Source of the DNA: Eledone cirrhosa
Lineage: Eukaryota
DNA: 64,000 bases
Assembly: GCA_964016885.1 (NCBI GenBank)
Contig: OZ024748.1
Span: 42,842,001 to 42,906,000 of the forward strand
Reading direction: 5' to 3'
Shown one piece after another: positions 39,170 to 52,216 of the stretch (position 1 is the stretch's first letter; each line of letters opens with the position of its first letter). The notes beneath the pieces were generated by a model. It made no database searches and was not told the DNA's origin. It saw only the letters and a list, made by a program, of their open reading frames with translations. Position numbers and translations under genes: made by a program.

Positions 39170-39915
39170 CAACTCTCTCTCTCTCTGTCCCTCTCTTCGT
39201 TTGTCTGTATCCCCCCCCCCCCTGTTTGTATCTTTCTCTCTCTCTGTCTGTCGGTATCTCTCTCTCCCTCTCTTTGCCTGTCTGCCGGTCTCTCTGTCGG
39301 TCTCTCTCTCTCCCTCTTTTTGCCTCTCTTTGCCTGTCTGTCTCTCTTTCTCTCTCTCCCTCTCTTTGCCTGTCTGTCTCTCTTTCTCTCTCTCCCTCTC
39401 TTTGTTTGTCTCTTTCTCTCCCTCTCTTTGTTTGTCTCTTTCTCTCTCTCTATCTATCTGTCTGTCTCTTTCTCTCTCCCTCTATCTATCTGTCTGTCTC
39501 TTTCTCTCTCCCTCTTTGTTTGTCTCTTTCTCTCTCCCTCCCTCCCTCCCTCCCTCCCTGTCTGTCTCTTTCTCTCTCCCTCCCTGTCTGTTTGTCTCTT
39601 TCTCTCTCCCTCTCTGTCTGTCTGTTTCTCTCTCCCTCTCTGTCTGTCTGTCTCTTTCTCTCTCCCTCTCTGTCTGTCTGTCTCTTTCTCTCTCCCTCTC
39701 TGTCTGTCTGTCTCTTTCTCTCTCCCTCTCTGTCTGTCTGTCTCTTTCTCTCTCCCTCTCTGTCTGTCTGTCTGTCTCTTTCTCTCTCCCTCTCTGTCTG
39801 TCTGTCTCTTTCTCTCTCTCTGTCTGTCTGTCTGTCTCTCTCCCTCTCTGTCTGTCTGTCTCTTTCTCTCTCTCTGTCTGTCTATCTTTTTCTCTTGGCC
39901 TGTCTGTCTCTCTCG
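39170..39915. repeat. Polypyrimidine (CT/CTGT) compound repeat with a 30-bp periodic core
   Basis: tctctttctctctccctctctgtctgtctg repeated. Confidence 0.9.
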
Positions 39916-40545
39916 TTCTATACACACACTCACACAGGAAAACCCCTAATCTGCTGTAGACGAAATATGTGCATTAGCAGGACGGGTGTGTCTCTTTTAT
40001 TTATTTATTTCAGGATTGTATCATATCTTCAGTTGGGACAGATTTAACCCACTTTCCCCCCTTCCCTCCATATTTTCTTGGTCTTTCCGCTTAAAATAGA
40101 AACCACCATTATTATTATTATTCGCCAAGGTTAACCTTGCCTTTCATCCTAACGGGGTAGATAAAATAAAGTACCAGTAATACACTGGGTAACTGCTGGC
40201 CTTGTGCCAAAAGTAGAAACAATTATTATTATAATGGGGCGGTGGATTGGCAGTATCGGTAGAGGGTCGCACACCATGCTTTGACGCATAGAGTTACAGC
40301 CCTTTCCATTCTGAGTTCAAATCCCTCCGAGGTTAACTTTTTACCTTTCATCCTTATGGGGTCGATAAAATAAAGTACCAGTAATACACTGGTTTAATTG
40401 CTGGCCTTGAGCCAAAAGTAGATACAATTATTATTATTATTAGTATGTGTGTATATACTCCTTTTATTTCAAGCGTTAAACTAATAGATTTCTTCATTGT
40501 ACTGTGTCGTTTGTTATTTTTGTTTACGTTATATATATATATATA

Positions 40546-41260
40546 TCATCATCATCATCGTTTAATGTCCATCTTCCACGCTAGCATGGGTCTGGTTGGA
40601 AATTGTCCCACTTGAGGCAAGATTGCTTGTCTTGCTCAGGACTCTCTGGCTGGTTTTCTACGGCTGGATGCCCTTCCTAACACCAACCACGTTTACAGTG
40701 TGGACTGGAAGGTTTTTACCGTGTTACCTACACGGCCACATTACAGCGTGGACTGTGTGTTTTTTTTGTCGTGACACCTACACGGCCTCATTTATTTAGA
40801 ACTGGATGTTATGGTACCAACATCATCATCATCATCACCTTTTTACGTCCGTTCTTCCACGCTAGCATGGGTTAGACGGGTTGTCCTGTTGTGGGCAGTG
40901 TCTGGTCGGCTGACCATGCCTTGCTCATTGAAAGGAGTGGTGTAGATGGTGGTAGGGGTAGCGGGATGGGGGTGTATTTTGGTTAAGAGGTGCCTACTGA
41001 CTAGGTTTCGCTTTGTACTTAGGAAAGGCGGGTCTTCTGTTAGCGCCAAAGATCTCGGTCCAGTGACATCGTCTTGGAGAGGTGTAAGTGTGTGAGGTCG
41101 GATTTTATCAAGTCGTCCCAGGTTTTTCTGGGTCTGCGTACTCCGTAGCTACCGTCTTTTTTGATCGCCCTGCACTTTTTTATACAGCTCCCATCTTTCA
41201 TGCGCATCACGTGACCATACCAACGTAGTCTTCTCTCGAGTAAACAGCATCTGATCCCTC
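40546..41260 (-). mobile_element. Two adjacent RTE 3' fragments (40546-40821 and 40822-41260)
   Basis: (cat)n tails, ggatgcccttcctaacaccaacc, and [21 protein letters not shown] on the - strand. Confidence 0.85.
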
Positions 41261-41296
41261 TTATATATATGTGTGTGTGCATGCATACACACACAC

Positions 41297-41353
<57 letters not shown>

Positions 41354-42428
41354 TACATAGACTCACATGTAAATATATGCTTGAATTAACTCGGTTACAC
41401 CTTTGAGTCAATATGTGAAACCATATTTATTCTCTATAAGAATGGCGGTGATGCTGGTACTAGTAGCAGTTGGTCTAAATTGTATTTACTATTTACTGAG
41501 TTCAAATCCTGCCGAGGTTAACTTTGCCTTTCATCCTTAGGGGGGTCGATAAAATAAACTACCAGTAATGCACTGGGTAATTGCTGGCCTTGTGCCAAAA
41601 GTAGAAATTATTATTAGTGTCTTTCCTCTGTTCTTGAAGGGGACTTTCTATAAAATGACTAGTAGATAGGTATTTATAGTCGTTTCCTTTACAGCCAGAT
41701 CTGCCCTTCTTTACCCTTTCAACCTTGTTTTTATTTCTATTAATTTCGTTTTTATATTTTCTTAATATTTCCATTAATTTCGTTTTTATATTTTCTTAAT
41801 ATTTCCATTATTGTATAAGTTCTGTTTATAAAATATATTTGACATATGTTTATAAATGGCAGATAACAAAATAAAATATGGAAATTGTGTTGTAAAGGTG
41901 TCGATAACACTAGGTCAGAAATACCTTGCAGTATTTATTACCCCTTTCCTCCCTCCCTACTTATTGGAAAATTAAAATTCAACCGGGTGTTAATAAAATA
42001 AACACTAATATAGATTAAACAGTATAGATTCATCTTCTCGTCCAAAGTTGCAGTATTTAGAATATTTTAATGGGTTTCATGTATTAAAATATTAATTTAT
42101 GTCACTATGTTGATTGGTTAAGATAGTAATAGGCTGCAGACAGATTGTGTGTGTGTTATTAAGGCAAAATAGTGAGTCTTGTTACTATGGATTTTTGCCT
42201 GTTCATCACACAGTTCTTGTCTGATGTATTACTCTTTTCTCTCAGCTGTCAACCATATATGGATATATATATATACACACACATACACTCACATATATAT
42301 TGTAAATGTGGTTGGCATTAGGAAGGGCATCCGGTCATAGAAACCAAGCCAAAATCAGTCCTGATCTCTCACAAATGGTTTAGCCTGTCCTACCCATGCA
42401 ACTGTGGAAAATGGTGATGATTGTGCAC

Positions 42429-42764
42429 ATCATCATCATCATTTTACGTCCGCTTTTCCCTGCTTGCAAGGGTGGGACAGGAACTGATTCTGGCTTGATT
42501 TCTACAGCTGGATGCCCTTCCTAACACCAACCTCATTTACAGTGAGTGCTGGGTGCTTTTTTCCCGTGGCACCTCCACGACCACTTTGCAGTGGAATGAT
42601 AGGGACCCCAGTCCTATCATCTCATTTCTACAGCTGAATAAACTGGAGCAATGTGAAATAAAGTGTCTTGCTCAAGGAAACAACACATCACCCGGTCTGA
42701 GAATTGAACTCACAACCTTTCGATTGCAAGGCCAATGCTCTAACCACTAAGCCATGTGCCTCCA
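42429..42764 (-). mobile_element. CORE-SINE, full-length copy
   Basis: Near-identical to 7831-8168. Confidence 0.85.
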
Positions 42765-43304
42765 CACATAATATATATACATGCGGCATATAATACCTGC
42801 TGCTGGGCTTTTAAGCTGTTTTACTTCACATTAAATTTATCTCAGATATTCTAATATTCTCTGTGTTGTGCCATAAATTTTATCTAATTATGTTGCCAAC
42901 AATTGTATATTATGCAAATTAAACTGTTCATTTTAATTTAGTCCTAGTTTGTGTTTAATATAAATAACTTTTTACTGAAGCTCTCTTTTTGGATAGAAGG
43001 AATAAAGATAACTTAGTTTTCTGATGAAAGTCCAACTACCTGTGAAACATGTTCTATTGGCGATCTCTTATGTTTTCAATGTATGAAGAAAATATTTTTT
43101 TCACTGCAGCTATGGAGAACAAGCTGATTCTCAGATGAGACTAACAAAACAATGTTTCCATTGGTCTTTCAATTGCTGATATTATCTGCCAGTTAAACTC
43201 TTGGCAGGATGAGGTGGGATTGGAACTCAGACTGTATGATTTACAGAACCAGATCTGATACAGCAACTCTTAACTCTCCCCAGTAATTCTCATCCCTGAC
43301 CCTG

Positions 43305-43618
43305 CCCCAGATCAGATATAGCTAGGTATCCTGTCCAACCTATAACAACCCCCTCTGCCCTAGATCAGATATAGCAAGGTATCCTGTCCAACCTATAACA
43401 ACCCCCTCTGCCCTAGATCAGATATAGCTAGGTATCCTGTCCAACCTATAACAACCCCCTCTGCCCCAGATCAGATACAGCAAGGTATCCTGTCCAACCT
43501 ATAACAATCTCCCTGCCCTAGATCAGATATAACTAGGTATCCTGTCCAACCTATAACAACCCCCTCTGCCCTAGATCAGATACAGCAAGGTATCCTGTCC
43601 AAACTATAACAACCCCCA
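43305..43618. repeat. 53-bp minisatellite, ~6 copies
   Basis: agatcagatatagctaggtatcctgtccaacctataacaaccccctctgccct. Confidence 0.92.
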
Positions 43619-43977
43619 TCAATCACCTTCGCTGCCCCAGGACTGCTAACTATTGTTAATTTATATTTATTTTTAATCCATTAAAATTCTCCACTAATTA
43701 ATTGAAATAGAGAGTATTTCATTAAAAATATTGTAATGAAAGAGTTAATTACCTTACTGAATCACTAGAGTAATAACTGATTATTGATTTAATATGTGTC
43801 TCTGTGTGTCAGTCTGTCTGTCTGTCTCTGTGGTGTGTGTGTGTGTTGCAATACATGACATGATCATCTCTTCATATCCAATTTGTCCATGTTTCCATAG
43901 GTTAGGATCAGGCAGGTTTTTCTATAGCTGGACACCTTCACTGATACCAACCCAGTGTGGTGTGTAGTATGATGTTG

Positions 43978-44108
43978 AAACACTACTTGAGTCTTGTGCT
44001 ATTGTGGCCTCCAGATGAGAACACTACTTGAGTCTCATGTTATTGTGACCTCCAGATGAGAACACTACTTGAGTCTCATGTTATTGTGGTCTCCAGATGA
44101 GAACACTT
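43978..44108. repeat. 41-bp tandem repeat, 3 copies
   Basis: gaacactacttgagtctcatgttattgtg.cctccagatga. Confidence 0.85.
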
Positions 44109-44186
44109 CTGGAGACTGTGATAGTGTGATACTTGAGTAACAAGAAACAATATTCACTTTATACATACATATTGTATGTATATATA

Positions 44187-44238
<52 letters not shown>

Positions 44239-44376
44239 TCACACTTAATGGAAATAGCATTATTAATTACCCTAATTGTATGACTGAAGTACCATATCTG
44301 ATGTTAAAACTCTTTATTTACTATGTTAGACTATTTCAGTCATTACCAAATGCTAAGCCTTATGAGTACATAACAA

Positions 44377-44415
<39 letters not shown>

Positions 44416-44464
44416 TAAAACAATAACGAAGAGTGCAGTACAAAGTGTTAGTATTAGGTTCACG

Positions 44465-44505
<41 letters not shown>

Positions 44506-44532
44506 TACATACATACATACATACACACACAC

Positions 44533-44628
44533 ACAGGGTGTCCCAATAAATGTATACACACTTTGATTACCTGTACCGGCAGTATTTATTAGAATGCTGT
44601 TGAAGTGTGTATAGATTTTCTTGGGGCA

Positions 44629-44633
<5 letters not shown>
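44533..44633. mobile_element. ~100-bp Tc1/mariner MITE; copies at 13904-14006, 18160-18225, 21940-22042 and 45071-45171
   Basis: TIR cagggtgtccca..aatgtatacac and its reverse complement, in TA context. Confidence 0.7.
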
Positions 44634-44677
<44 letters not shown>

Positions 44678-44877
44678 GTGTGTAAAACTTTATCTTGTTT
44701 CTGTTTTAAATTAGAAACACTTTAGTATTATCTTCATAACTTTTTTTTATATATTTCTGGGTTTACTGCTTCGTATCAGCTGCCAAAATTTTTTTTTTTT
44801 CATCGTTTTCATTGCTCCTTGCCATCAGGGTTTTGTTTCTAAGTTTACTCTTCCTCTGATAATAATGATCAGGCCAT

Positions 44878-44935
<58 letters not shown>

Positions 44936-45037
44936 AAGAATGAAGAGTAACATGGTTGGCTGTACAACAAGGGGCTTTATTTAAGGTATTGACAATTGTT
45001 TCATTAATTGGATTACCTATAACGATAACTTGTTACC

Positions 45038-45076
<39 letters not shown>

Positions 45077-45418
45077 GTGGCCCCCAAATGTATGTACACT
45101 TCAACATCATTCTAATAAATATTGTTTGTACAGGTAATCAGTGTATATACATTCTTTGGAGGCACCCTGTATATATCTTGAACATGAATATGTACTTTCC
45201 TGTAACGATGCTAATAACCTGAAATAAAGTTGGTAGATTTTCTTTGTCAGGTATCATGAATGAGAGAGAATTCTAAGATTAAGGGTTTTAAAATCTCGAG
45301 ATTTTTTTGTCATCTACAGTGAAAGATTTTGCTTACATTTTAAGAAGATAACTAACCTGTCCTGATGTTGAATGAAATGTGTTTGTGTTGAATCATGATA
45401 AACATTAGTTTTCATTAC

Positions 45419-45862
45419 GGTGGATTGGAAGTATAGAGGGTCGGACGCCATGCTTTGCAGCATAGAGTTACGGCCCTTTATGATTTGAATTCAAATCTCG
45501 CCGAGGTTAACTTTACCTTTCATCCTTACGGGGGTTGATAAAATAAGGTACCAGTCATACACTGGAGTCGATCTAATCTGTTTTCCCCTCCCCCAAAATT
45601 GCTGGCCTTGTGCCTATATAAGAAACCATTATTTTACAAGACTTAATAATTGTTTTTTACTTTAGGCACAAGGCCAGTAATTTGAAGGGGAGGGGAAGTC
45701 GATTAAATTGACCTCAGTGCATTACTGGTACTTTATTTTATCAACCCCGTGAGGATGAAAGGCAAAGTTAACCCTGGCGGTATTTGAACTCAGAACTTAA
45801 AGGGTCATAACCCTCTGCCGCAAAGTAGGGTGTCCGACGCTCTACTGATATTGTCAATCCAC
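45419..45862. mobile_element. Two full Meta-like SINEs in tail-to-tail inverted orientation (45419-45632 +, 45647-45862 -)
   Basis: The second copy is the reverse complement of the same family, with a ~15-bp spacer. Confidence 0.8.
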
Positions 45863-46674
45863 TAGAAAATAATGTCTACATCTTGTTTGAGCTCTTTTGA
45901 CAGCAACCTGGCCAAAACTGATTCTGGTTTTATGATAAAAATCTATTCATTTTAAAGGGGTCCTATTTATATGTACCAACATAATTTCATATTAGAACCA
46001 TATGGTAAGTTATTCTCTTAGTAATGAAATAATTAATGCTGGTAAATCCTTTAAACCTCATTAATTAATTGAAATAATGTATTTCATTAGAAATACAGTC
46101 ACACAGGGGTTGTCTTTGTTTCATATTAACCTTTTAATAACCATATTTCTAAAGAAAAGCACTGCTATGTCTGATGAAGGAGCCCCGTGAGGTGGGGTTG
46201 CTATTGCAGCAAGTGTCACTGTCCATTGACTTTGGAAGTACCTTTGCCATTTTGACTGCAGGGTACAGCCAAAACACTGCTCTGACCTAGGTGTAGTCTG
46301 TCACCCTCTCCTCTTCCTCTTTCCTTGCCTAATAATCCTTATCTTCTCATTTATAGTCCTTTCTAATGCTGCTTTCTTTTTCTGTATGTTTGACTAAATG
46401 TTAAATTCTTTATTATTTCTATGTAATTTTATGCTAGAAATAAATTTAGAAAATAATCCAGAATTTAGGTATTTTGGAATGTAATAAACTTCTGCATAAT
46501 TAAGTTGGTGTTAGGAACATAACATAATGGAACATACATAAGATTATGACAGAAATATTTTAGATAAATGTCAAGCAATAGTTTTGTATCATAAAACCAG
46601 GGGCAGTTTCAGGTGGTTTTTATCTAAAGGGGTTAATAGCTATTTAAAGTTGTTTTGTATTATAGACACAGGAA

Positions 46675-46985
46675 GGACTGGTTAAGGGGTTCACTTCACA
46701 ATCACGTGTTTTTAGGACTCAGGCCCTGTTTTTGGCACTTTGGCAAGTGTTTTCTACTGTAGCCTAAAGTTGACCAATGTTTTGTGGTTGAAATTTGGTA
46801 CATGGAAACTGAAGAAGTCTGTCCTGTATGAAGTGTCAAAAACATATTTGGCCTTAGGCTGGGTCATTACACACTTTGTGGGGCTCAGTTGTACTGAGGT
46901 CAATGTGACCAATTAAATACCTTGAGGGCAGTGCTACAGCATGGTCGCGCTCTAGTGACTGAAACCAGTTAAAGAACATAAGAAT
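46675..46985 (+). mobile_element. Old degenerate SINE; tail fragments also at 21036-21090, 35390-35435 and 39050-39100 (-)
   Basis: Remnant tRNA-like head and tail cagcatgg.cgc...tgactgaaac.agt.aaaga. Confidence 0.45.
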
Positions 46986-48257
46986 ACATTTGTTCTCTGA
47001 CCTTGTATATTTCATTCTGTCTAAACCTTGACAATGATTTTAAATTCATTATTCATGATTCTCTGTCCTAACTGGATGATAACCTTTATTCTCACATTGA
47101 GTATTATAAACACTCCTTATATATACAATAAAAAATATCTTTTCTCTGTCAAGTTTATATAGTCATTTTCTAGACTTTTCACAAGACAAAAGATGTTACC
47201 CAGTTCAATACATATAGAAGTAGTCAATTGTTACATCTATGTACTCAATACCTTCCACCCAGTGTACTGGAAATTGAAATCTTCACTGTTGGTCTACTTA
47301 AAAACTAGTACACTTTATTTGGCAGTAGTATTGGTAGAGCATTGGACAACATGCTTTGTGGCAAATAGTTACATACCTTTACATTCTGAGTTCAAAACCT
47401 GCCGAGGTTAGCTCTGCCTTTCATTCTTACGAGGTCAAAGCATACTCAGCCCACACTGTAAGGTGGTTGTGTAGAAGTCACAACAAAAAGCACCCAGCAC
47501 ACACTGTAAATGTGGTTGGTGTTAGGAAGGGCATCCAGCCATAGAAACCTAGCCAGAAGCAGTATTATATGAGTAAGACACGGTCACCTGACCCGACTTA
47601 CCTCAAATGGGAAGACCTATCTAACCCATGCTAGCGGGGAAAGTGGACGTTAAACGATGATGATTATGAACACAGCCATACATACACCTACTGACAACAT
47701 AGCCATACCTACACCTACCTAACTCCCCAGTCAATCCTACACCTTCTAACCAATCATACCTACCCTACACCTACTAACCACCCAATCAATCGTTTACCTA
47801 CAAACCACCCAATCATACCTACATCTATTAAACCCCCGCCCCCAGTCAATCCTGCACCTAAAATAATAAATTATTTCTAGTTTGAATAATAAAACAGTAA
47901 AACATATAATTCCTGTTTTGTCATGGTTGGTTTTAGATCTGCTTCAATGCTCTAATTTGTCTCTACCTCATAAACAAATTAACTATAGTATTTATCAGTA
48001 ACAATGTAGTCTTATAACATTTGAAGATATATATTATATATATATATCATATATTATATATATTAGTTTCATTTTCAAGTATATAATGAAAACCTGGGTT
48101 GTAGTTTTGTAACATTTAAAGATATATATATATATTTATTTAGGTTTGTTGAGGGCGGCCGACCGAGGTAGAAGCTGCTAAATATTTGGTCGCCCTCATG
48201 TCTCTAATTTTCAGCCCCATGGATTTTGTCTATTATATTCCTTTGTTATATTTTGAA

Positions 48258-48313
48258 TACCTGATGATGTCACCGGATTCATACTGAACCCGGTCATTGA
48301 AATGATCATAGTA
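48258..48313 (+). ncRNA. Minimal type I hammerhead with palindromic stem III (sense to CLASP)
   Basis: tac-CTGATGA-tgtcaccggattc(atact)gaacccggtcatt-GAA-ATGATCAT-A-gta, followed by AATAAA. Lies in a ~220-bp insert (48141-48360) between TA tracts. Confidence 0.72.
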
Positions 48314-48367
48314 GAATAAACCTTTCAAGGATTTACACCAGTCCAGCCTCCTGTTATTTTATAATAT

Positions 48368-48406
<39 letters not shown>

Positions 48407-48407
<1 letters not shown>

Positions 48408-48940
48408 TAGCAGTGGTACCCGGCGTTGCACGGGATAAGGTATTTTGGAACGCGGGCCACCAACAGACCTAATCGTGGAAAAACTGCATGCCTGGACAAT
48501 ATGTAAAGAAAATAAACCGAATACTCTGATGGCTGGATAATCTTTAAGATTTTCCTCGATGAAGTAGGAAAAATGCAGGTTTTCACCTAGGGGATCATAA
48601 AATAATTTTTTTTTTTATGTGCATAATGTCTTGAAATTTCGGGAAAATTGGCTAGATGTAACGACTCCAAAAAAGCCCTAAAAAGCTGAAAAAACGCAGT
48701 TTTTCACCTAATGCGGGCCCTAGGAGATCAAAAAGATCTTAAAGAGAGAGATCGCTAAATCGCCTAATGCGGTCCCGAGGGCATTGAAAATTAAAATTTT
48801 TTTATTGCTCAGAACACTCCCTGAAACATAAGTATTACATGTGTAAAGTTTGAAAACAGTCGGTTGGGTGCTTCTCGAGTTTTAGGGATTCAAACTCACA
48901 CACACACACAGACAGACATCCTCAGTTTTATATATATAGA
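48407..48940 (-). mobile_element. Non-autonomous Helitron
   Basis: On the - strand: A|TCTATATATATAAAA, a subterminal (GTCT/GT) microsatellite, a 3' hairpin CCCGTGCAACGCCGGG, and CTAG|T. No TSD; A/T target. Confidence 0.85.
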
Positions 48941-49159
48941 TATATTTGAAAAAAAGAAAAGAATGACTTCACTTGTAGTTGATATTCTATAACAATTTAA
49001 TTTTATAATTTTGCTGTTATCTAATAAGATCTATGTAGATCTAATAACTTTGGTGGAAAGTCTTTTTATATTATATATGTTATATAATAGTTTCATTTCC
49101 ACATATATAATGGAACTCTGGGTTGTCTTATGACATTTATATATATATATATATATATA

Positions 49160-49338
49160 TGATGATATATATGTATATATATTATATCATTATAAATGAT
49201 GATATATATGTATATATATTATATCATTATAAATGATGATATATATGTATATATATTATATCATTATAAATGATGATATATATGTATATATATTATATCA
49301 TTATAAATGATGATATATATGTATATATATTATATCAT
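49160..49338. repeat. 37-bp AT-rich tandem repeat, ~5 copies
   Basis: gatgatatatatgtatatatattatatcattataaat. Confidence 0.88.
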
Positions 49339-49995
49339 CATCGTTTAACATCTATTTTCCATACTAGCATGGTTTAGACAAGTTGTTCCATTTGAGGCAA
49401 GTCAGGTCAGGTGTCTTGCTAATAGAGAACTGTTTCTGGCTTGGTTTCTACAGCTGGATGCCCTCCCTAACACCAACCACTTTTAGTGTGGACTGGGTGC
49501 TTTTTGTCTTGATACCTACACAAACACTTTATAGTGTGGACTGGGTGCTTTTTGTCTTGATACCTACACAACACTTTATAGTGTGGACTGGGTGCTTTTT
49601 GTCTTGATACCTACACAAACACTTTATAGTGTGGACTGGGTGCTTTTTGTCTTGATACCTACACAAACACTTTATAGTGTGGACTGGGTGCTTTTTGTCT
49701 TGATACCTACACAAACACTTTATAGTGTGGACTGGGTGCTTTTTGTCTTGATGCCTACACAAACACTTTACAGTGTGGACTGGATGCTTTTTGTCTTGAT
49801 ACCGACATGACCACTTTACAGTGTGCGCTGGGTGCTTTTTGTCATGACACCAACATAACCACTTTACAGTGTGGGCTGGGTGCTTTTTGTCATGACACCA
49901 ACATAACCACTTTACAGTGTGGGCTGGCTGCTTTTTGTCATGACACCAACATGACCACTTTACTGTGTGGGCTGGGTGCTTTTTGTCATGGCACA
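49337..49995 (-). mobile_element. RTE 3'UTR fragment with an internal 48-bp tandem expansion (~10 copies)
   Basis: RTE tail motif followed by repeats of agtgtggactgggtgctttttgtcttgatacctacacaaacacttt. Confidence 0.8.
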
Positions 49996-50384
49996 TTATA
50001 TATATTCTAATTTCATTTTCAAATATACAATGAAAATCTGTGTTGTAGCAATGTTGAGTATCATGGTTATGTCATTTTCTGTATTACACTGTCATGTTGG
50101 GATTAGTTAAGTGACAACCAGTAAGTACTCAATACCCGTGGCCATCTTAAAGCTGTCATTAAACTAATAGCTGTGTAATTACTGTTTAAATTGAGCAAAA
50201 GTTTTAATTAACATAATGACAGTTATGCAGACAATATATTTACAAGCAGTTTTGAAATTGGAATTCTTTGTTTATTAATACTAGACTTCTTCTGTATTTG
50301 ATATATAAAACAAATAAAATGTGGAAAAATATGTTTGACTGACAACTAAAATTCAACAATCATCAAATATTAATACCTTTGTTT

Positions 50385-51126
50385 ACGTCACATGAAACAC
50401 ACCCCTTCCGTTGGTGTCACATCAAACACACCCCTTCCATTGGTGGTGCTACATCAAACATCATTAATGGTGCCACATCAAACACAAATCCTGTTGGTCT
50501 CGCACCAAGCACCATCCTGTTGGTGTTGCATCAAACACACCATTAGCAACATCACATCAAACACACCATTAACGATGTCACAGCAAACGCACCATTAACG
50601 ATGTCACATCAAATGCACCATTAACGATGTCACATCAAACACACCATTAACAATGTCACATCAAACACACCATTAACGATGTCACATCAAACACACCATT
50701 AATGATGTCACATCAAACACACCATTAACAATGTCACATCAAACACACCATTAACGATGTCGCATCAAACACACCATTAACGATGTCACATCAAACACAC
50801 CATTAGCAACATCACATCAAACACACCATTAACGATGTCACAGCAAACACACCATTAGCAACATCACATCAAACACACCATTAACGATGTCACATCAAAC
50901 ACGCCATTAGCAACGTCACATCAAACACGCCATTAGCAACATCACATCAAACACACCATTAGTGACATCACATCAAACATATCATTAGTGACGTCACATC
51001 AAACATATCATTAGTGATGTCTCATCAAACACACCATTAACAATGTCACATCAAACACACCATTAACGATGTCACATCAGACACAGCATTAGTGACGTCA
51101 CATCAAACATATCATTAGTGATGTCA
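50385..51126. repeat. 26-bp minisatellite (acatcaaacacaccattaacgatgtc), ~27 copies, degenerate at the left edge
   Basis: Direct tandem repeat. Confidence 0.93.
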
Positions 51127-52216
51127 ATTAATTCAATAAATTATGTTAATTTATTTTAATGTGTTTATGGAAAAGATGACTTTATATACAGCGGGTGCAC
51201 GAAAGAAGTATGCACTGGGAGCACTTGTGAAATAGATTCCCAGAATTACCCAGGAAGATCCCTTAAGGCTTTTTGGGGGTGGTTAGGGAATGGCAGGGGT
51301 CTGATCTAATTGAATGTTGGTATTTGTCTCACATTGTTGGTGTAGAATATGTTCCCTAGCAGCTGTGTGAACTTTCACAAGTGTCTAACATATGCTAAAA
51401 TACAAGTATGTTATTATTATTATTAAATGAAAGAAGAAAAAACCCATCTTGAGCAAATGTGGTCGGCTTTACAATTCACTGGCTTCATATTTATAAAGTC
51501 CTGATGCCATTGAATTAACTCCCAAAAGAACATTGTTTAAGCTCCTGGAATTAAGTACCAGATGACTCAGCAGTCATTCAACATGAAAGCTGCAGATTTT
51601 CATATCTCTAATTCACTTAATCTTATTTTTGGATTTTTTTTTTTTTTGTTATTATTTTGTTTCTGAGAATGTCTTTGATAAGTTGGAGTCGATCCCTCAT
51701 TTTCTGATGACTCATTCCTCACGTCACTAATCTAAACTTACCTTGCAATATGAATTCTTACATGTACCCCACACGTGACTACAACTATGTTACTTGTTTG
51801 TTTTTAACTCTATGAACAAATATTGTTACACCTTTGTAAACAGAAACAAGATATAATTTAATGGTTTTGTTACATTGTTGATAATTATTATTATTAGGGT
51901 GGTGGATTGGTAGAATTGGTAGAGCATCGAACATCATGCTTCACAGCAGTGAGTTATGGTCCTTTATGTTCCGAGTTCAAATCCCACTGAGGTTGGCTTT
52001 GCCTTTCATCCTTCTGGTCTAATCAGCAACAACAACATCAGTAATTTTGGTCGTGTATTCTCAAATATTATCAGCTCCACAATGAGAGGTGATCTAGTCT
52101 GTACCTTTCTTACCATATTGGTTACCAAATAGCAAAACTGAAGGTTAGCTAAACCAACTGACCACTCTGTCAGGCCTGTCTAGTTTTGAAGCTGTGAAGT
52201 AGCCTGTTGCATATTT

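Noticed and set aside
43015-43060. Hammerhead-like CTGATGA...GAAACATGTT
   Set aside because: Stems I and II do not pair; at best a decayed relic.
46165-46215. CTGATGA followed by a hairpin
   Set aside because: No GAAA or cleavage triplet follows the stem.
49529-49996. His/Cys-rich 16-aa repeat protein
   Set aside because: It is the translation of the 48-bp repeat in an RTE 3'UTR.
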